A stretch of 64,000 bases of DNA, taken from Candidatus Bathyarchaeota archaeon (GTDB taxonomy: Archaea > Thermoproteota > Bathyarchaeia > Bathyarchaeales > Bathycorpusculaceae). The stretch lies in contig OY970176.1 in NCBI GenBank assembly GCA_963707955.1, forward strand, positions 1,632,001-1,696,000, written 5' to 3'. Below, one piece after another: positions 40,552 through 49,993 of this stretch (positions are counted from its first letter, which is position 1; every line of letters begins with the position of its first letter). The notes below the pieces were generated by a model. It worked only from the letters and a program-made list of their open reading frames with translations. It did not search any database and had not been told where the DNA came from. A program made the position numbers and the translations under genes.

Positions 40552-41271
40552 TTAAGCGTGCCAAATACCATAAATAAGAACAGCACCTAACACAATCAAG
40601 ACAATGCAAAGTATAGACAAATATGGTTGACCGTATTGGAACATAAGCGACAATATCAAACCTAATACTCCCATAATTACGAACGCAATTCCAACCACTT
40701 TTACAAAATCCGCACTATCCAAGTCTGTCACGCTACATGAGGTAAAGGCAAAGATTAGCGGTCTAAAGCCTCTTCTCTTGCCAAATCGGTATCCTAGGTA
40801 GCCCCCTATCACATAGGATAGTAAAAAATATGGGAATAAAACAAAAGGCTCTCCTGTCACCGCCGAAAGGAGAAGGACACGGTTCAAGAGAAAGGTTATT
40901 GCGGACCATATGAGGAAGCCGAAGATGAATATTCCGAAGATTGTCCAATACCATTGCCAGAATTTGAGGCTTGCTATTTGGTAAATCTTGAAGTAAATCT
41001 TGAAGCCAGCAAAAGTCACGAGCGGAGCTATGATGGTGTAGAGCAAAACATCTTCCAACGTAGCATAGCCAGTTAGTTTGATGAAGTAGTCTAGCCAAAT
41101 GAACAGAAGCAAGGCAACGTAGCCAGATATCGCCAACCACTTCATGGGTCTGATTGATGTGCTTTTTTGGTTTTTGGCACGTGTTGCTCTTATTCTTTGA
41201 TGGCTCGGCAAAGTGGGTTCTTTGGGAAGCCAGCCTCGAATGCGATCTTCCAAGTACTTCTTCGGATTCAT
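40552..41271 (-). CDS. Multi-pass membrane protein with short N-terminal IRGWLPKEP segment
   Basis: About 6 TM helices; start overlaps the upstream HTH gene. Confidence 0.75.
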   Translation of the reverse strand: MNPKKYLEDRIRGWLPKEPTLPSHQRIRATRAKNQKSTSIRPMKWLAISGYVALLLFIWLDYFIKLTGYATLEDVLLYTIIAPLVTFAGFKIYFKIYQIASLKFWQWYWTIFGIFIFGFLIWSAITFLLNRVLLLSAVTGEPFVLFPYFLLSYVIGGYLGYRFGKRRGFRPLIFAFTSCSVTDLDSADFVKVVGIAFVIMGVLGLILSLMFQYGQPYLSILCIVLIVLGAVLIYGIWHA

Positions 41272-41735
41272 AATTCTGCATCCGGAACCAACTTACGGAA
41301 TACTATACGGGCCAGCTTGGCTGGGTGAATCGTTGTGGCGTCTTCTATTTCTAAGTCTCTTTCTTTGGCTATGTCGAGCAAATACTCTCTGGTCTGCTTG
41401 AGGAAGTCTTGGTTGGTTTCTTCTTCGGGGTTATTGTGCCAGTACCACACTTTGATTCCGTGGCTTGTGGTGTAGGTGACAACAGCTTTCCGTTTAAGGA
41501 CTGGATGATAACCAATGAGTAACGCTTCTTTTGGGTGCAATTCTGTTACTTGGAGATCGTTGACCCGCGCAACCTCCATCAGCGCCTTGGATAGTTTTGC
41601 TTCTGCTGTTTGTCTGGTCTGGTTGACGTACTGCCTACTGGTCTTAAGCCTATCCGCAACATCAGCTACGGATAGCCCTTTGCTTGTCAAAGACCAAACG
41701 ATTTTTTGCTTTTGGCTAAGTGGCGAAGCAAACAA
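41268..41735 (-). CDS. HTH (sigma70 region-4-like) DNA-binding protein
   Basis: LSQKQKIVW...GLSVADVADRLKTSRQYVNQ...AEAKL. Confidence 0.7.
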   Translation of the reverse strand: MFASPLSQKQKIVWSLTSKGLSVADVADRLKTSRQYVNQTRQTAEAKLSKALMEVARVNDLQVTELHPKEALLIGYHPVLKRKAVVTYTTSHGIKVWYWHNNPEEETNQDFLKQTREYLLDIAKERDLEIEDATTIHPAKLARIVFRKLVPDAEL

Positions 41736-41859
41736 GTTTATCCCTTCGAGACTATTCAGTAAATAGTTATATATTTACAAATATTTAAGATTTACGCGCA
41801 GGGACGCGCGCGCATGAGCTGGTATGTAGAAGTGTGATGAGAACGAAACTAAGCTTGGA

Positions 41860-41904
41860 AAGTAAGCAAAATTGACACGAACAATTCGATTTAGCAACAC
41901 CCTA
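41860..41904 (+). mobile_element. Orphan right end of a related IS
   Basis: TCGATTTAGCAACACCCTA|GCGCGC aligns with TCGATTTAGCAACAGGCTG|GCGC at 40526-40548. Confidence 0.7.
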
Positions 41905-42080
41905 GCGCGCTTTATGAGCTGAACAGCTTTAGAATGTTCTCACAACGTGTTTACTGTGTTCTTGTTCTTAGGAATTATTCGGCGTTTGAACGCCCCCTTC
42001 GATTTCGTCAGGCCACTTTTCAATCATTCCGTTGTCTTTCATGTGTGTGTTTGGGCGCGCGCTTGCTAAGAGGGGAGCAA

Positions 42081-42260
42081 TCAAAAGTCCCGCACTTCCT
42101 TTTTCCTCGCTTCCCAGTATTCTTTTGCTTCCCCGTATTCCTTTTCTTTCTTGGCTACTCCCGATTTGCGCCTACATTCTGGACATAAGCACTTGCCTGT
42201 GTATTGCACATACCGGGTGTAGAACATCTTCCCGCAATTCTCGCATCGGTGATCGCCCAT
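42081..42260 (-). CDS. Small Zn-ribbon protein
   Basis: CENCG...CPEC, basic tail. Confidence 0.6.
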   Translation of the reverse strand: MGDHRCENCGKMFYTRYVQYTGKCLCPECRRKSGVAKKEKEYGEAKEYWEARKKEVRDF

Positions 42261-42495
42261 GATTTCGCCTTCCGTATAATGGCTATCTTCCAAGGATTTA
42301 ACAGGTTCTGCATTAGTCCACTAATACAAAACAATAGTTCTTGAGAAAGCGCGCGCGCTAAAACATAGGCGAATACACTTGGAAACAATGACTCCTCCTT
42401 GTTGTTCAACAAGCACGGATCAAGTCGGACATTAAGTGAGAAAGTAAATGGGGCTCTCAAAGAATATATGACAGAGCATGAAGATTAAAGAATAA

Positions 42496-42777
42496 GTGAT
42501 AAAGGTGATTAGTCAAAGTGCACGCTCGCGTAAACGGGTTCTTGTGACCTTCGATGAAGACCAAGTGAAGATTATCCAGTCGTTGAAAGGCTTTGGAACA
42601 AAAGACGCAGAAATAGTCAGATCAATCGTGATGGCCTACCTGAGCGAACACAACTATATCAAGCAAGCGTCGATCGATCGCGATCGAGCGATCGAGGAGT
42701 CAGATAGAAAGATCAAGCAAGCGTCAGATGAGTCAGATAGAGAATACAAACTCGCTCTCGCTCGCGGCAACTACTGA
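42496..42777 (+). CDS. RHH/CopG-like protein with internally repeated C-terminus
   Basis: KRVLVTFDEDQVKII...KDAEIVRSIVMAYL. Confidence 0.6.
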   Translation: MIKVISQSARSRKRVLVTFDEDQVKIIQSLKGFGTKDAEIVRSIVMAYLSEHNYIKQASIDRDRAIEESDRKIKQASDESDREYKLALARGNY

Positions 42778-42866
42778 AAAACTAGATCTACGTGGTGGAT
42801 TGAAACTTGTCATTCTTAGGTTAGCGCGCGCCGTAGCAGATGATAGAGTTTGAAGGAGGTGAAACG

Positions 42867-43004
42867 GTGGAAAAAAGGAAGTTGGAACTTGCATTCATCG
42901 ATAAGAATGGGAAAATCTATCCAATAGACGAGGTTACCCGTGCAGAATTAGCTGAGGGTCTTGAAAGCTCTCTAAAGAGATCGCGAAGAGACTGTTGTTG
43001 GTAA
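42867..43004 (+). CDS. Small hypothetical protein (45 aa)
   Basis: AGGAGGTGA SD; MEKRKLELAFIDKNGKIYPIDEVTRAELAEGLESSLKRSRRDCCW. Confidence 0.55.
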   Translation: MEKRKLELAFIDKNGKIYPIDEVTRAELAEGLESSLKRSRRDCCW

Positions 43005-43110
43005 AAGAACAAAGATAGAATCCAGTCTCTTTCCTTTAGTGTGCGTCTAGATTTCGGATTCATAAAGTGTTTATCATTTTGCGATTACCTAGTCAGAAGG
43101 GAGTCTATGG

Positions 43111-43743
43111 ATGGTAAAGCTTAAGCCGGAAACCGTTGCAGACTTTCTGCGCTGCGCTAGCATTTTGGTAGAAAGAGCATATTTACTCTACAAGAGTCTC
43201 GCCGACAAAGTGAATCTCCCGTTAATCAATTCTTTGCTGCTTCACATAGCATTCGATAGTCGGAAACATTCCGTGATCCTCAAAGGATTAAGCGAAAGCA
43301 TGGTTAAGCAAAAAAAGCAACCCAGAGGTTGCGAAAAGAAACTCTTTTTTGGCGGAACCTGGACGGCAATTGAGCGTCTTGCAGAAGAGATCGCCAGAAA
43401 GGAGAGAATACCTAGAGAGCACATGTCATCGTTGGTTGAAAAGCTGATGCTCCTAGAGAGCACTGTTGGCGAAGAGTATTATATTCTGGTTCAGCTGAAG
43501 ACCCTTCAATACATGACAAGAGAAATCCGCGAGACCTACAATGTGGACTTAGAAGACCTAAAGGACATTCTCGAAACCATCATCAGAGATGAGGAGACTC
43601 ACAGAGAACTCTTGTCAAAAATGAAAAAAATCCTTGTCGGAGAAGAAAAGCAGACAGAAGATATGGCGCCAGCAGTCAAGTACAAAAATCCGAACGTATG
43701 GTCAAGGTCAATGCCTGATTCATTCTGCGAAAAGGCTCGCTAG
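43111..43743 (+). CDS. Ferritin/rubrerythrin-like four-helix protein
   Basis: IAFDSRKH and IIRDEETH carboxylate-xx-His pairs. Confidence 0.75.
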   Translation: MVKLKPETVADFLRCASILVERAYLLYKSLADKVNLPLINSLLLHIAFDSRKHSVILKGLSESMVKQKKQPRGCEKKLFFGGTWTAIERLAEEIARKERIPREHMSSLVEKLMLLESTVGEEYYILVQLKTLQYMTREIRETYNVDLEDLKDILETIIRDEETHRELLSKMKKILVGEEKQTEDMAPAVKYKNPNVWSRSMPDSFCEKAR

Positions 43744-43842
43744 CTTGAAGCGCGTGCTTAATTTCAGGCACGTTTCGGGCAAAAAGTACGCCTGAAGCTT
43801 AAATATGGCTTAAATGATAAAGGGTTATGGTGAAAGAGTAAG

Positions 43843-44133
43843 ATGGTTGGGCCTCTGGTATCTTTGCCTGCAAAGTGGGAACAGTTTCTGAAGAATTTGG
43901 CCGACGATCATGACATCGATCTCAACGCCGTCATCAGTCAACTGTGTGAGTGGGCCTTTTCCGATCCTGAGGGCAAAGAACAGTTCAAGATTTGGTTAGA
44001 TGAGGCTTATCCTGCAGAAGGAGAAGCTGAAGAAGCTGAAGAAGAAGAAGAAGCTGTAGGAGAAGAAGCTTCCGCCGAAGAAGAAGAGAATGAAGAAGAA
44101 TCTGAAGAGGAATCCCACGAACACAGAGATTAA
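43843..44133 (+). CDS. Hypothetical protein, RHH-like N-terminus and Glu-rich tail
   Basis: TTAAATA promoter-like box, GGTGA SD. Confidence 0.6.
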   Translation: MVGPLVSLPAKWEQFLKNLADDHDIDLNAVISQLCEWAFSDPEGKEQFKIWLDEAYPAEGEAEEAEEEEEAVGEEASAEEEENEEESEEESHEHRD

Positions 44134-44193
44134 CTACGAGCGTACGCTGGCTGAATGACCGGTGCAAAATCAGAGAAAAAAGAAGTTGTGATT

Positions 44194-44511
44194 TCATTTG
44201 ACTTGTTTCAATAATTTCAGGCTTTCTTCGAGACTCATTGCTAGTTTGATTTCGCTGGTGTTCCAAGCCATCCATTTTACCATTTCTGGTTCCATTGAGA
44301 ATTTTTGCAGAGCGTCTGAGCTTGGAGCTTCATAGACCCAAATCAACAGATGTTCCGGAACTACAGTCCATGCTCCAATCCTCTTCACTCCATGTTTCTT
44401 CTCCAGTCCGCCCAATTTGGCAGGCAATTCTAGCGTCATTTTCTTCATTTTCTCATTGTTCAGCGGACAGTTCTCTGCGGAATGCCTGGAAACTATCAAA
44501 AATATTGGCAT
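44194..44511 (-). CDS. DUF3303/GYD-like small alpha-beta protein
   Basis: RHSAENCP, EHLLIWVYEAPS. Confidence 0.65.
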   Translation of the reverse strand: MPIFLIVSRHSAENCPLNNEKMKKMTLELPAKLGGLEKKHGVKRIGAWTVVPEHLLIWVYEAPSSDALQKFSMEPEMVKWMAWNTSEIKLAMSLEESLKLLKQVK

Positions 44512-44996
44512 AATTACACTCTCGGAGGAAAGAGTCTAGGAAAGTCGGATATAAATCATTTGCATGTGCAAACTCTGGCGTGAGTCTTTATGGCATAGCC
44601 TAGAACCCATGTAAACTCTTTATGTGCGAAAACGAGCGCTGAAAAGAAGACAATCGCTGGGTGAGAAACAGACTCACGCCACGCGCGTGCTGTGCGAAAA
44701 GTTTCTCTTGCTTGCGCTCTAAACGAGCCTATCTCGACTGTTGTCTTTCGAGTCGGGCAAGTTTTTTCTTCTTCCGCTTCTCTTCTCTTTCTTTCTTTTT
44801 CTGAGGCTTAGGTTTTTGCAGATCTTCTTCTCTTGTTTTTCCTCTTGTGTAACCCATGTAACTGCCTTCTTCTCACTTGAGAACAAAGACGCTTATCTTC
44901 TTTTATCGTGGGTGCTTAAACTATTAATGCCTGTTGATACAATCAATGAACTGAGGCAACCCAAATAACAAACAAAAACAGATGAGAAAGGTGTGA

Positions 44997-45224
44997 ATGA
45001 TGGAACAAACCAAAAAGGAATCTTTGCTGGAGCGTTATTGGAGACTTAGAGGAGAGGCGGACGAACTTTATCAGAGACGAATAAAAGAGATCCATCAAAG
45101 AATTAACGAAGAAATGAGAAAGTCTGTGCAAAGAGAACTTGATGCTTTGGAAAATGCTATAGAACAAGCAGACCTTGCCGAGGTCTTGCGTCACAAATTG
45201 ATATTGGAAGTCCTGCTCGGATAA
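44997..45224 (+). CDS. Small coiled-coil hypothetical protein
   Basis: AGGTG SD, helical charged sequence. Confidence 0.55.
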   Translation: MMEQTKKESLLERYWRLRGEADELYQRRIKEIHQRINEEMRKSVQRELDALENAIEQADLAEVLRHKLILEVLLG

Positions 45225-45497
45225 TGCGCTTCAATATCTGCCCGCTACTCATATCGGTACAAGTAGAGGAGTTGACTTGCATCTTTCCTTCTCTGCTCTA
45301 TGGATATATCCTCTAATGACCTGAACTTCTTCACTGCTTTGTTCGAGCATTCCTCTGTGATTCCCAATGCGTTCGAGGTGAACGCCCAATTATTGATTTT
45401 CTCTTCACTCTCTTCATTCTAAATTCCTCGGCCAACTGTAAGAAGCGCTTGCAGAACGACGCCTAAAAATAGGCAGTTGCCCTTCTTTAAGCGCGCC

Positions 45498-45674
45498 TTA
45501 AAGCATGCTTGTGGGCTTCTTCTTCAGAGTCCTTTTCCATTCTTCGAACAGATTCCAGTATATGCTGTCGATACTCTCGTCTTGTGAGTTCCCCTCGGCA
45601 ATGTACTTCTCGATAAAGTCGTTTAGCTCCAAAGAGTTCCTGCACTTCCCTACATCCTTAATATTCAGCAACAA
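45498..45674 (-). CDS. Small hypothetical protein (58 aa)
   Basis: GAGGTGA SD; MLLNIKDVGKCRNSLELNDFIEKY...; stop abuts GGCGCGC. Confidence 0.5.
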   Translation of the reverse strand: MLLNIKDVGKCRNSLELNDFIEKYIAEGNSQDESIDSIYWNLFEEWKRTLKKKPTSML

Positions 45675-45709
45675 ACATCACCTCTCCTTGATTCTTTCCT
45701 CCGTCTTGG

Positions 45710-46036
45710 CTAAACTACAAAGGGCGAAGAAATGCCAGTATCAAGTAGCAGAGCCATCTTCTTGTACAATTCTAAAAACTCCAGGCCAGCTTCTGTTCTC
45801 TGATACGTCACTTTTCCTGCATCAGCACCCATCCGAACGAGATTACTTGACTTCATAAGATTCAAGTATTGCCCTGACTGTGCGGTGCTCATGTTGCAAT
45901 GGGACATGATGTTCGCCTTTCCCACCGGTATTCGCAGCTGCCTCAGAATCTCCGCTATTATCTGTAATCTGCTGCGGTTTCCATCAGATACCTTCCCCAC
46001 ATTTAGCATGTTGTAATACCCTTCAGAAAAAAGCAA
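45710..46036 (-). CDS. Winged-helix regulator (HTH_45-like); start uncertain
   Basis: NRSRLQIIAEIL, IMSHCNMS, YLNLM, YQRTEAGLEFL. Confidence 0.82.
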   Translation of the reverse strand: MLFSEGYYNMLNVGKVSDGNRSRLQIIAEILRQLRIPVGKANIMSHCNMSTAQSGQYLNLMKSSNLVRMGADAGKVTYQRTEAGLEFLELYKKMALLLDTGISSPFVV

Positions 46037-46612
46037 GCTACTCCTAAAGCAAATGACGTTGCGATAAGTTGGTTAGCACGCCTTTCTTGCAATATGCATT
46101 CTCAGCCCAGCTTATAAGGATGAGAGGCTAAAAGTCGCTTTTTTGCATTCTCTTCAGTTTCTTCGCGCTTCTTCCGCGCGCTAGCGCGTTCCTAAATTCT
46201 TTTGGGAAGCAGCTTGTGCTGCTCATTTTGCTCATCAACCCTATTTGGGTCATATAGCATACCCGGGGGGGAGGGTGTGAGCACGCAAACACCCACTCGA
46301 ACCGCGATAGTAACCATCCCCCATCGGGAAACGCCATGCCTGCCTCTTCAACGGAATTTAGGAACAAGCATGCGCGCCATTTAATTACTGGGTCAACCTC
46401 ACAGAAGGAAGAGCGCAATGACGATGTCCACCCAATATTAGGAAGGCTGGGAAAGCAATAGCTACGATGCCTTGTTCTGCGGAGATAGACCTTAGAAGTA
46501 TCGCGAAAACGCTGGACTGGGCGTTCAGACTATGTCATGATTCCTTTGTCCAAGCGGAGAGAAACGGACTAGTAGAGAATAAACATGTTTCGTAAGCTGC
46601 GGACACCTTCAC

Positions 46613-46762
46613 CTATGGAGACGCATTGGCTAGACGAGCCCGCGCTTCTTCTAGTCTCCTTACTTTTTCAATGTTACTCTTTCCATGTTTCCATTTTCCT
46701 CGGCTTTTCATTCTTTTCAAAAATCGTTCTCTTTTCGCCTGCTTTTTCCTCGGTCGTTTCAA
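46613..46762 (-). CDS. Small highly basic protein, copy 2 (49 aa)
   Basis: MKRPRKKQAKRERFLKRMKSRGKWKHGKSNIEKVRRLEEARARLANASP. Confidence 0.65.
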   Translation of the reverse strand: MKRPRKKQAKRERFLKRMKSRGKWKHGKSNIEKVRRLEEARARLANASP

Positions 46763-46842
46763 ACAAATCTTCCTTCCCAGAATCAAATAGTAACAACAAA
46801 CAAGAACTATAACCTTCACCTGAGTGCGAAGTGAATGCTGTG
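46641..46842. repeat. About 200-bp dispersed direct repeat, copy 2
   Basis: Matches 31287-31489. Confidence 0.9.
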
Positions 46843-46997
46843 GAGCGTGCATGTGGTATAAAAAAGAGGGATTGGCGAGAGATATTGCCACCATGTGTCA
46901 GTTCAGACTAAATGGTGCTGGGAAAGGGCCCGTAGTCTAGTCTAAGAAACGTACTTTACGTTCAAACGGAAACAAGCGAGTTTAATGCAAGGCGCGC

Positions 46998-47267
46998 CTA
47001 GTCAAGTATTTCGACTCTTGCCCCTAAGGCTTGTCCAGGTATGCCTTTCCGGAATTTAGCTGTGACAACGCCTTTCTTGCCGTGCAATCCTATGATTCTG
47101 CCGATGAAGCTGTTCTTTCCATACTTCAGAATCGCTTTTCGTCCAATGAGCTGGCCTGCCTTAGAGACGGTATCTTCGCCTATGATCTGGATGAGGCACC
47201 ATTTTGGCATCTGTGTTCTGATGCCTATTCGATAGTTCACTATTGTTCCATAAACAGGTTGAGACAT
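46998..47267 (-). CDS. rpl35ae: 50S ribosomal protein L35Ae
   Basis: GTIVNYRIGIRTQ, LIGRK, GRIIGLHGKKGVV, PGQALG. Confidence 0.9.
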   Translation of the reverse strand: MSQPVYGTIVNYRIGIRTQMPKWCLIQIIGEDTVSKAGQLIGRKAILKYGKNSFIGRIIGLHGKKGVVTAKFRKGIPGQALGARVEILD

Positions 47268-47428
47268 AAGCATACACCATTGCGATACCCTTCTAACGCA
47301 TGTCTGGCTCTTAAACATGTATAACTCTCGATTTGAGGGTGCTCTGTTTATAAGCCCCGACGCGAATCTTGGTACAGCGTGTAAGAAGCGATTTTTGCAC
47401 AGCAGCATATCAGGAGTTGAAATAGTAT

Positions 47429-47569
47429 ATGGCAGAGAAAGAAATGCATAAGGCAGTCTGTGCTGATTGTGGAAAAGACTGTGAAGTTCCGTTCAAGCCT
47501 GACCCAAGCAGACCTGTTTACTGTCGAGATTGCTATTCGAAACGAGGACCACCAAGAAGAAGATTCTAA
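47429..47569 (+). CDS. CxxC-x17-CxxC domain protein (46 aa)
   Basis: MHKAVCADCGKDCEVPFKPDPSRPVYCRDCY; not in ORF track. Confidence 0.9.
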   Translation: MAEKEMHKAVCADCGKDCEVPFKPDPSRPVYCRDCYSKRGPPRRRF

Positions 47570-47670
47570 GCTAAATCAACAATTCTAGCTTGGCATCGTT
47601 TTTTTCTATTTTTCGCATTTTTCAATTGCGCTCAACACCAATAGAGTTGATTTACACGTTCCAAAAAAGA

Positions 47671-47898
47671 ATGTTCGAAGTCATATGTACGGACTGTGGC
47701 AGCGCAACCACTTTACCTTTCGAGCCTACGGTAGGCAAACCAGTTTACTGTAGAACTTGCTTCTCGAAACACATGCTCAACCGATCAGAAAATGAGGGTA
47801 TGAGCTTCAATTTTGATCCGAAACAGGCATGGGCACGACGAGGAGAAGACTGGAAAGGAAGAAAGGAGCCAGAGCCCACTAATGTCTTCTGCCGGTAA
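47671..47898 (+). CDS. CxxC-x17-CxxC domain protein
   Basis: MFEVICTDCGSATTLPFEPTVGKPVYCRTCF. Confidence 0.85.
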   Translation: MFEVICTDCGSATTLPFEPTVGKPVYCRTCFSKHMLNRSENEGMSFNFDPKQAWARRGEDWKGRKEPEPTNVFCR

Positions 47899-48168
47899 TA
47901 TGATACTCCCCAGCGAGAAACGAGTCTGAGCGTGCCAAGACCAAAGGCCAAATGCCTCGGGAAACTCGCTGATCTGAGCGTCATGTGTGTGTCAGATGAC
48001 ACTTTCGCAAATCTGCCTGCATAGACCTATATACTTGGCGACGCATCCTTTAGCAGTAGTTGGGATTCTCTAGAGGAAGAGTCTGATCGCAAAGTGCGCT
48101 TTTTCTCTGATCGTTCTGACTAGTCTAGCTATTATGGGGCAATGTCTCACGGTTTGGAGGTGGGAAGA

Positions 48169-48474
48169 TTGGGTAAAAGAAAAGTCATTAATGAAGAAAA
48201 CTTGGAAAACATGTTGTTCCCAAGCAAGAATGACGTGTTAGGCGTGGCAGTCAAAATGCTTGGTTTTGACCGAATCATGGTCAAGTGTCAAGATGGCAAG
48301 GAACGATTGTGCAGAGTCCGAGGCAAACTGAAAAGACGAGTGTGGATCCGAGACGGAGACATCGTGTTAGTCTCTCCTTGGGACTTCCAGTCAGACACTC
48401 GAGGCGACATATTCTGGCGGTATAGAAAGAATCAGACTGAGCAATTGAGGCTCAAAGGCTACCTCACCATGTAG
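48169..48474 (+). CDS. eif1a: Translation initiation factor aIF-1A
   Basis: KMLG, CRVRGKLKRRVWIRDGDIVLVSPWDFQ, RGDIFWRY; GGAGGTG SD + TTG. Confidence 0.95.
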   Translation: MGKRKVINEENLENMLFPSKNDVLGVAVKMLGFDRIMVKCQDGKERLCRVRGKLKRRVWIRDGDIVLVSPWDFQSDTRGDIFWRYRKNQTEQLRLKGYLTM

Positions 48475-48546
48475 TTGCTGTGAGAGCTTTCTAAATTAAC
48501 CAACATTTCCGAAACAAGTGAAATATGAAAAAGGAGTGAGAGGTCT

Positions 48547-49191
48547 TTGAGAAAGAAAACTTCATCAACCAGTGAGTATCTCGCGTTTCTTTCAGCAAAA
48601 TACGAGGTTGACCCCGACAGGCTCTTTTACGCGTTGATTCTGGCAGAAGAAGGCAAAAAGTCCGTGTGCGGAGACCTTTCAATCGAGCGGCGGGGCGAAA
48701 CACGGGACAAGGTCATGTTTCTAATTCTGACGAGTTCCAAGGTTGTTGCGCAGCTTTCAGTATTCAAGGAATTCCTCTTGGAGAAAGGCCACCCCATTAG
48801 AGACTTCATGGAGACTGACAAGATACGCAGATTCCTGGCCAAGAAGGCTAGGCATTCATCGGTTTTTGCAATCAGAGATCTGCGGAGCGGCATGACGCAG
48901 GTTTGTCTGAAGGCTAGGGTTTTGGAGATTCCGAAGCCGAACCTGGTCTACACTCGTTATGGTAACTATGCGAGCGTGGCAAATGCCCTGATAGCAGATG
49001 AAACCGGAACGATCAGACTGTGTCTCTGGAACGAGCAGATACGGCGCATTTCTGCTGGAGACACCATTCAGATCGAGAATGCAAGGGCTTCTACGTTCAA
49101 AGGCCAAAGGCAATTGAACATTGGAAAAAAGGGCTTGCTCACCAGCGTTGACGAGTCAAACTGCCAGGTTAAAGCCGTGATCAGCTCTTAG
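48547..49191 (+). CDS. OB-fold ssDNA-binding (SSB/RPA-like) protein with N-terminal extension
   Basis: IRDLRSGM, IADETGTIRLCLWNEQ, GDTIQIENA, FKG. Confidence 0.85.
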   Translation: MRKKTSSTSEYLAFLSAKYEVDPDRLFYALILAEEGKKSVCGDLSIERRGETRDKVMFLILTSSKVVAQLSVFKEFLLEKGHPIRDFMETDKIRRFLAKKARHSSVFAIRDLRSGMTQVCLKARVLEIPKPNLVYTRYGNYASVANALIADETGTIRLCLWNEQIRRISAGDTIQIENARASTFKGQRQLNIGKKGLLTSVDESNCQVKAVISS

Positions 49192-49229
49192 GGCCTGCTT
49201 GCCAAAGAAGAGCAACTGAGGAATAGTCA

Positions 49230-49511
49230 TTGAAAATAGTAGAAGGCTGGAGAAAAATTGACCGACAGCGAGGATTCGTGAATGAGACCACAGGACAGAA
49301 TCTGGTCGTCACAAAAAAAGAGTTTGGAGGGGATTACGTGGTGCTGCTTTTTCCCAGAATAAGAGTTGATGATAAAGGAGAGACTATATCACCAGCGTAC
49401 GCGACTGCATCGAAAGCAGAAGCCTATGCGCTGAATTGGATGGAGAAGCATCCGAGAGGAACGGAATCAGCTCTCGAGCACACTTCAGGTGGAGGTGACG
49501 AAAATGAGTAA
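49230..49511 (+). CDS. Hypothetical protein
   Basis: 93-aa ORF in an operon-like run. Confidence 0.6.
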   Translation: MKIVEGWRKIDRQRGFVNETTGQNLVVTKKEFGGDYVVLLFPRIRVDDKGETISPAYATASKAEAYALNWMEKHPRGTESALEHTSGGGDENE

Positions 49512-49602
49512 GAGAAGTAAACCTATGGGAAAAGCAATCGATAGACAGAAGGGGCATCAGGCGAGAAGAGCTCGCGGCGGAAAGAAACAGAAGAGAAGAT
49601 AG
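49504..49602 (+). CDS. 32-aa very basic peptide
   Basis: GGAGGTGA SD; MSKRSKPMGKAIDRQKGHQARRARGGKKQKRR. Confidence 0.55.
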   Translation: MSKRSKPMGKAIDRQKGHQARRARGGKKQKRR

Positions 49603-49993
49603 GAAGTTAACTCTCATATCACTGAGATCAAAGCAACTATCCATTGCCTCGCACGGCCCACCCAACACTATTGTTGCAGTTGTTTTGCATTTAGTTTGCG
49701 CGCGCTTCTTGTTTCTGCTTTCAGGATTTCTTGAATATGGTTTTCTGAGCGACTTGCCTATAAATGAATAGATACGCAGAGATTAGGTTCGTCGTTATAT
49801 ATGCAATCACCGATGCTAATCCCAAATAGACAAACCGCGCGCGCAACACAGTAACAGGCCTTGGGTTTGGGTTTTGGGTTTTGGGATAAAACTTTACCGC
49901 TCCCCTAGCTTTTCCAGCGGTTTTTGGGGAAGGGTTCCTCGTGGCCGTGTTTGCGGGAAAAATGAAATAAGGAGGGATGCTGCTGGGGAGGTT

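Noticed and set aside
46926-46943. GGGCCCGTAGTCTAGTCT resembling a tRNA 5' end
   Set aside because: No anticodon arm, T-arm or acceptor complement follows, and it is too short to call an att remnant.
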